A stretch of 63,222 bases of DNA, filler included, from Thraustochytrium aureum (lineage: Eukaryota): NCBI GenBank assembly GCA_012862495.1. It is 6 parts of 4 records of this genome, joined end to end, with 100 filler letters (N's around TTAATTAATTAA, not from the genome) between each part and the next. Parts side by side here need not be neighbours in the genome. Positions count along the whole stretch, not along the records: positions 60,323 to 61,658 come from BLSG01000061.1; positions 61,759 to 63,222 come from BLSG01000061.1; 4 more parts are not named here. One strand, written 5' to 3'. This document shows positions 60,816 through 63,222 of the stretch, piece after piece. The position numbers and the translations under genes were made by a program. How positions within the stretch are numbered: the stretch's first letter is position 1; each line of letters begins with the position of its first letter. The notes below the pieces were generated by a model. That model searched no databases and had not been told where the DNA came from. It was given only the letters and a program-made list of their open reading frames with translations.

Positions 60816-61585
60816 ATGACGGTCCGCGAGCGTCCTCTCGCAGCGCGCCGGGCCTGCTACGGGGTTTCCTTTGACGAGCGAGACCTCGAGGGCAAGGCCT
60901 TTACCGAGGGCGCTTGCGTCTCCAAGCCGGGCAAGTCGAAAACAATCAAGCGCGAAAAACGGCCTGGACCAGGACTAGCCTCCTCGTTGCGCGTCCGAGC
61001 GGCCCAAGCTCTGCAGGGAAGCCCCGCTGCTGCAAAGGGAGAAGGAACGCCACTGGCAGGCGCTGGCCTCTGGGCTGCGCAATTTTGGCCAGCTCGGACG
61101 CCGCGTTTGAAACGAGATGCAGAATGTGGCCGACGTGGGGACTTGATGGTGCCCCAGCGGCCACCAGACCTGCATCTCGTCGCTGTTGCGTTGTATTTCT
61201 TGGGCGGGGTGGGGACGAGCGCGGGACGAGTACGCCGAAACTGCTTCAACATCGGATGCGATGTCTCTCCAAGCGCGTTGAGGACAGCGCTGCTGCAGTT
61301 GGGACATTTGGGTTTGCCATGTGCGTCCAAGATGTTGGGTGCTCGCGTCGCCTCGCGATCAAAATCGATAAAATCGACACTGAAAGCGCGCCGCAAGGCC
61401 GCGCGGGCGTGTGGGAACCATTGGCTGGCGGTGCGACGATGGAGCAGTTGGTGCCTGGTCAGTCATGTTCGGACGCGGCATTCTCGCGACGAACGAGGAC
61501 GCGGATCACTGTTGCCCAGGCAGTCAACGGCAAAGTGAACAAGGTGCCTCTGCTCGCCGCGCCCGGTAGGTATGTCGACCTCTAG
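60816..61585 (+). CDS. Hypothetical protein (possibly frameshifted)
   Basis: Two overlapping ORFs (60816-61538 and 60914-61585) with no recognisable motif. Confidence 0.25.
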
Positions 61586-62065
61586 CGCGTGAACGCGGCA
61601 TGAAGCGAGGCAAGCCACAGTGATGACGGAGAGCACCGCCTGCCCAGCGGACGTGCTTNNNNNNNNNNNNNNNNNNNNNNNNNNNNNNNNNNNNNNNNNN
61701 NNTTAATTAATTAANNNNNNNNNNNNNNNNNNNNNNNNNNNNNNNNNNNNNNNNNNNNAGAGGACTCTGCTAGCTCGTCGCAGCTGTCACCGCGCACGCA
61801 ACAGGGCGCACCAGGTGCTCCGCCGCGGTCAAGTTGGGCGAGAGCCTGCCTGCACACTTCGACTTTGGTCGACCACGCCAGACCCCCCTCGAGCCGAGGC
61901 AGGCGCTCGGGGACCCGGCGCGGCGGGCGCTCGGCCGGCCTTGCGCTGGCGCTGCTCTCTGCGTGTGCGCTGCGCGGCTCGGGCTCTGGGCTCTGGGCTG
62001 GTGAAACGAGCTCCGTTTGGTGAACATTTCGAGGCGGATCTGGGCATTGACGCTCGACTCGGGCG

Positions 62066-63222
62066 ATGGGCAACCTGCTGAGCGCCGCGGCGCCCGGCGA
62101 GCCCGCGGCGGGGCTCGTCGTGGCCGCTTCGCGGGACGCCGTCGAGATGGAGGATGGACGGCGTGCGGGCTGCGCGGTTTGCGGCAAGGTGGAGCCGGCC
62201 GAGCCCTGCTCGGCGAGGCGGTGCCGGCACAGGTTTTGCAAAGTGTGCGCGTTGCGCGCGCTGCTTGACAAGCAGGCGTGCCCGGTCTGCGGCGAAGAGC
62301 TCAGCGTGTACTCGCTCGTGCTGCAGGAAACCGGGCAGGCGATCCGGACTCCTGACGTGAGCACGATCATGGGCCACGTTTTTGTGCAGTACGGGCGAGT
62401 CGGGTTTGGCAGCCTCCACTTTTCCCAGCAACGGTGCGTGATCCAGCACGATGCCGCGCTGTACAAAGGCCTGGAATGCGCCTGGACGATGGCTCGGAGC
62501 TCCCAGCGAGCAAGGCGTTCGAGTCGTGGACATGGAATCCGAGCTCGCGGACTTTCCAGGGAACGCTCGCTTGGGAACCGCCTCGAACGCTGTTTGGCGC
62601 GGCCAAGCACGTCTATGCGGCCAAGTTTGACGAGGGCTTTGAGCAGATATTGTCCGGAACGGTCACCAAGTACGGCCCCGGCGGCGAGCTGTGCGGCTTG
62701 GAGTCGTTCGGCAAAGAGTTGCTCTATCGCCGCGTCCGGGCCAGCGTCTATCCGACTAGCACGTACGTGTCGGAGCGAGCGCCTCTGGGGAAGAGCACGC
62801 CGTGGCCGATGCGCGCGCTGATCAACGTGTACTCGTGGATCGTGTGCAAGTTCACGGGTCTGCCGGCGTGGGCGCCTGCCGAGGAGCTCACGCACCGCTT
62901 TCCCTTGTACGCGCTTGGACGCGGCTCGTATCACTTTGTGCAAGGCGCCTCGCACATCGACACCTCGCGACTGCCGACGAGAGCCGGCGTCCCGTCCCGC
63001 GTGCCATTCGTTCGCGAGTCGTTCGACGTGCACTCGCGCGTGTTTGAAGGGGTGGCCGACTTTACGGCCTACGTAGGCCAGTATCGGCTGCAGTTTGACG
63101 CGGAGCTGGAGCTCATCGTGGGGGGCAACATCAAGTACTACGTTCTGCTGCGCCCGCGCAACCCTGGCGACCTGTTCTCGGACAAGTACGACAACATGGG
63201 CCCTCGCCAGACGGCTTTCATC
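62066..63222 (+). CDS. RING finger (C3HC4-type) protein with possible N-myristoylation and a repeated beta-rich domain; frameshifted; runs off the window
   Basis: MGNLLS start and RING CAVC...CRHRFCKVC...CPVC. It continues VFVQYGRVGFGSLHF, then in the shifted frame RLDDGSELPASKAFESWTWNPSSRTFQGTLAW. A second similar unit appears near the window end. Confidence 0.75.

Overview
This is eukaryotic, GC-rich, gene-dense draft-assembly sequence from a flagellated protist. It has canonical GT-AG introns in MCM2 and a CFAP70-like axonemal gene; a stramenopile origin is inferred from protein architectures only. Six scaffolds are joined by artificial 100-nt N44-TTAATTAATTAA-N44 linkers, and there are internal N gaps. 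Many genes are split by single-base indels at homopolymers (probably sequencing error), so the ORF track fragments them. Once rejoined, the window holds: the C-terminal WD40 array of a HET-E/NLR-like protein; a ~10 kb minus-strand gene for a membrane-anchored multi-lectin protein with a hydrophobic helical domain and a lower-GC C-terminal domain carrying an HNH-like motif; an FG-GAP membrane protein; a thioredoxin-like fragment preceded by twin hairpins; a ~23.8 kb, apparently intron-poor gene for a ~7,900-aa secreted cadherin/Ig-like + ELWxxDGT-repeat protein; MCM2; CCCH-ZnF/TPR, Kelch-BTB and Cys-rich TM-SH3 proteins; CFAP70; a divergent mitochondrial-carrier-like protein; an NAD(P)-binding protein; a methyltransferase-like protein; and a RING protein. 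The best candidate for a new system is the lectin-helical-HNH gene, which resembles a eukaryotic polymorphic toxin, together with its downstream degenerate repeats and the adjacent NLR-like WD40 gene.
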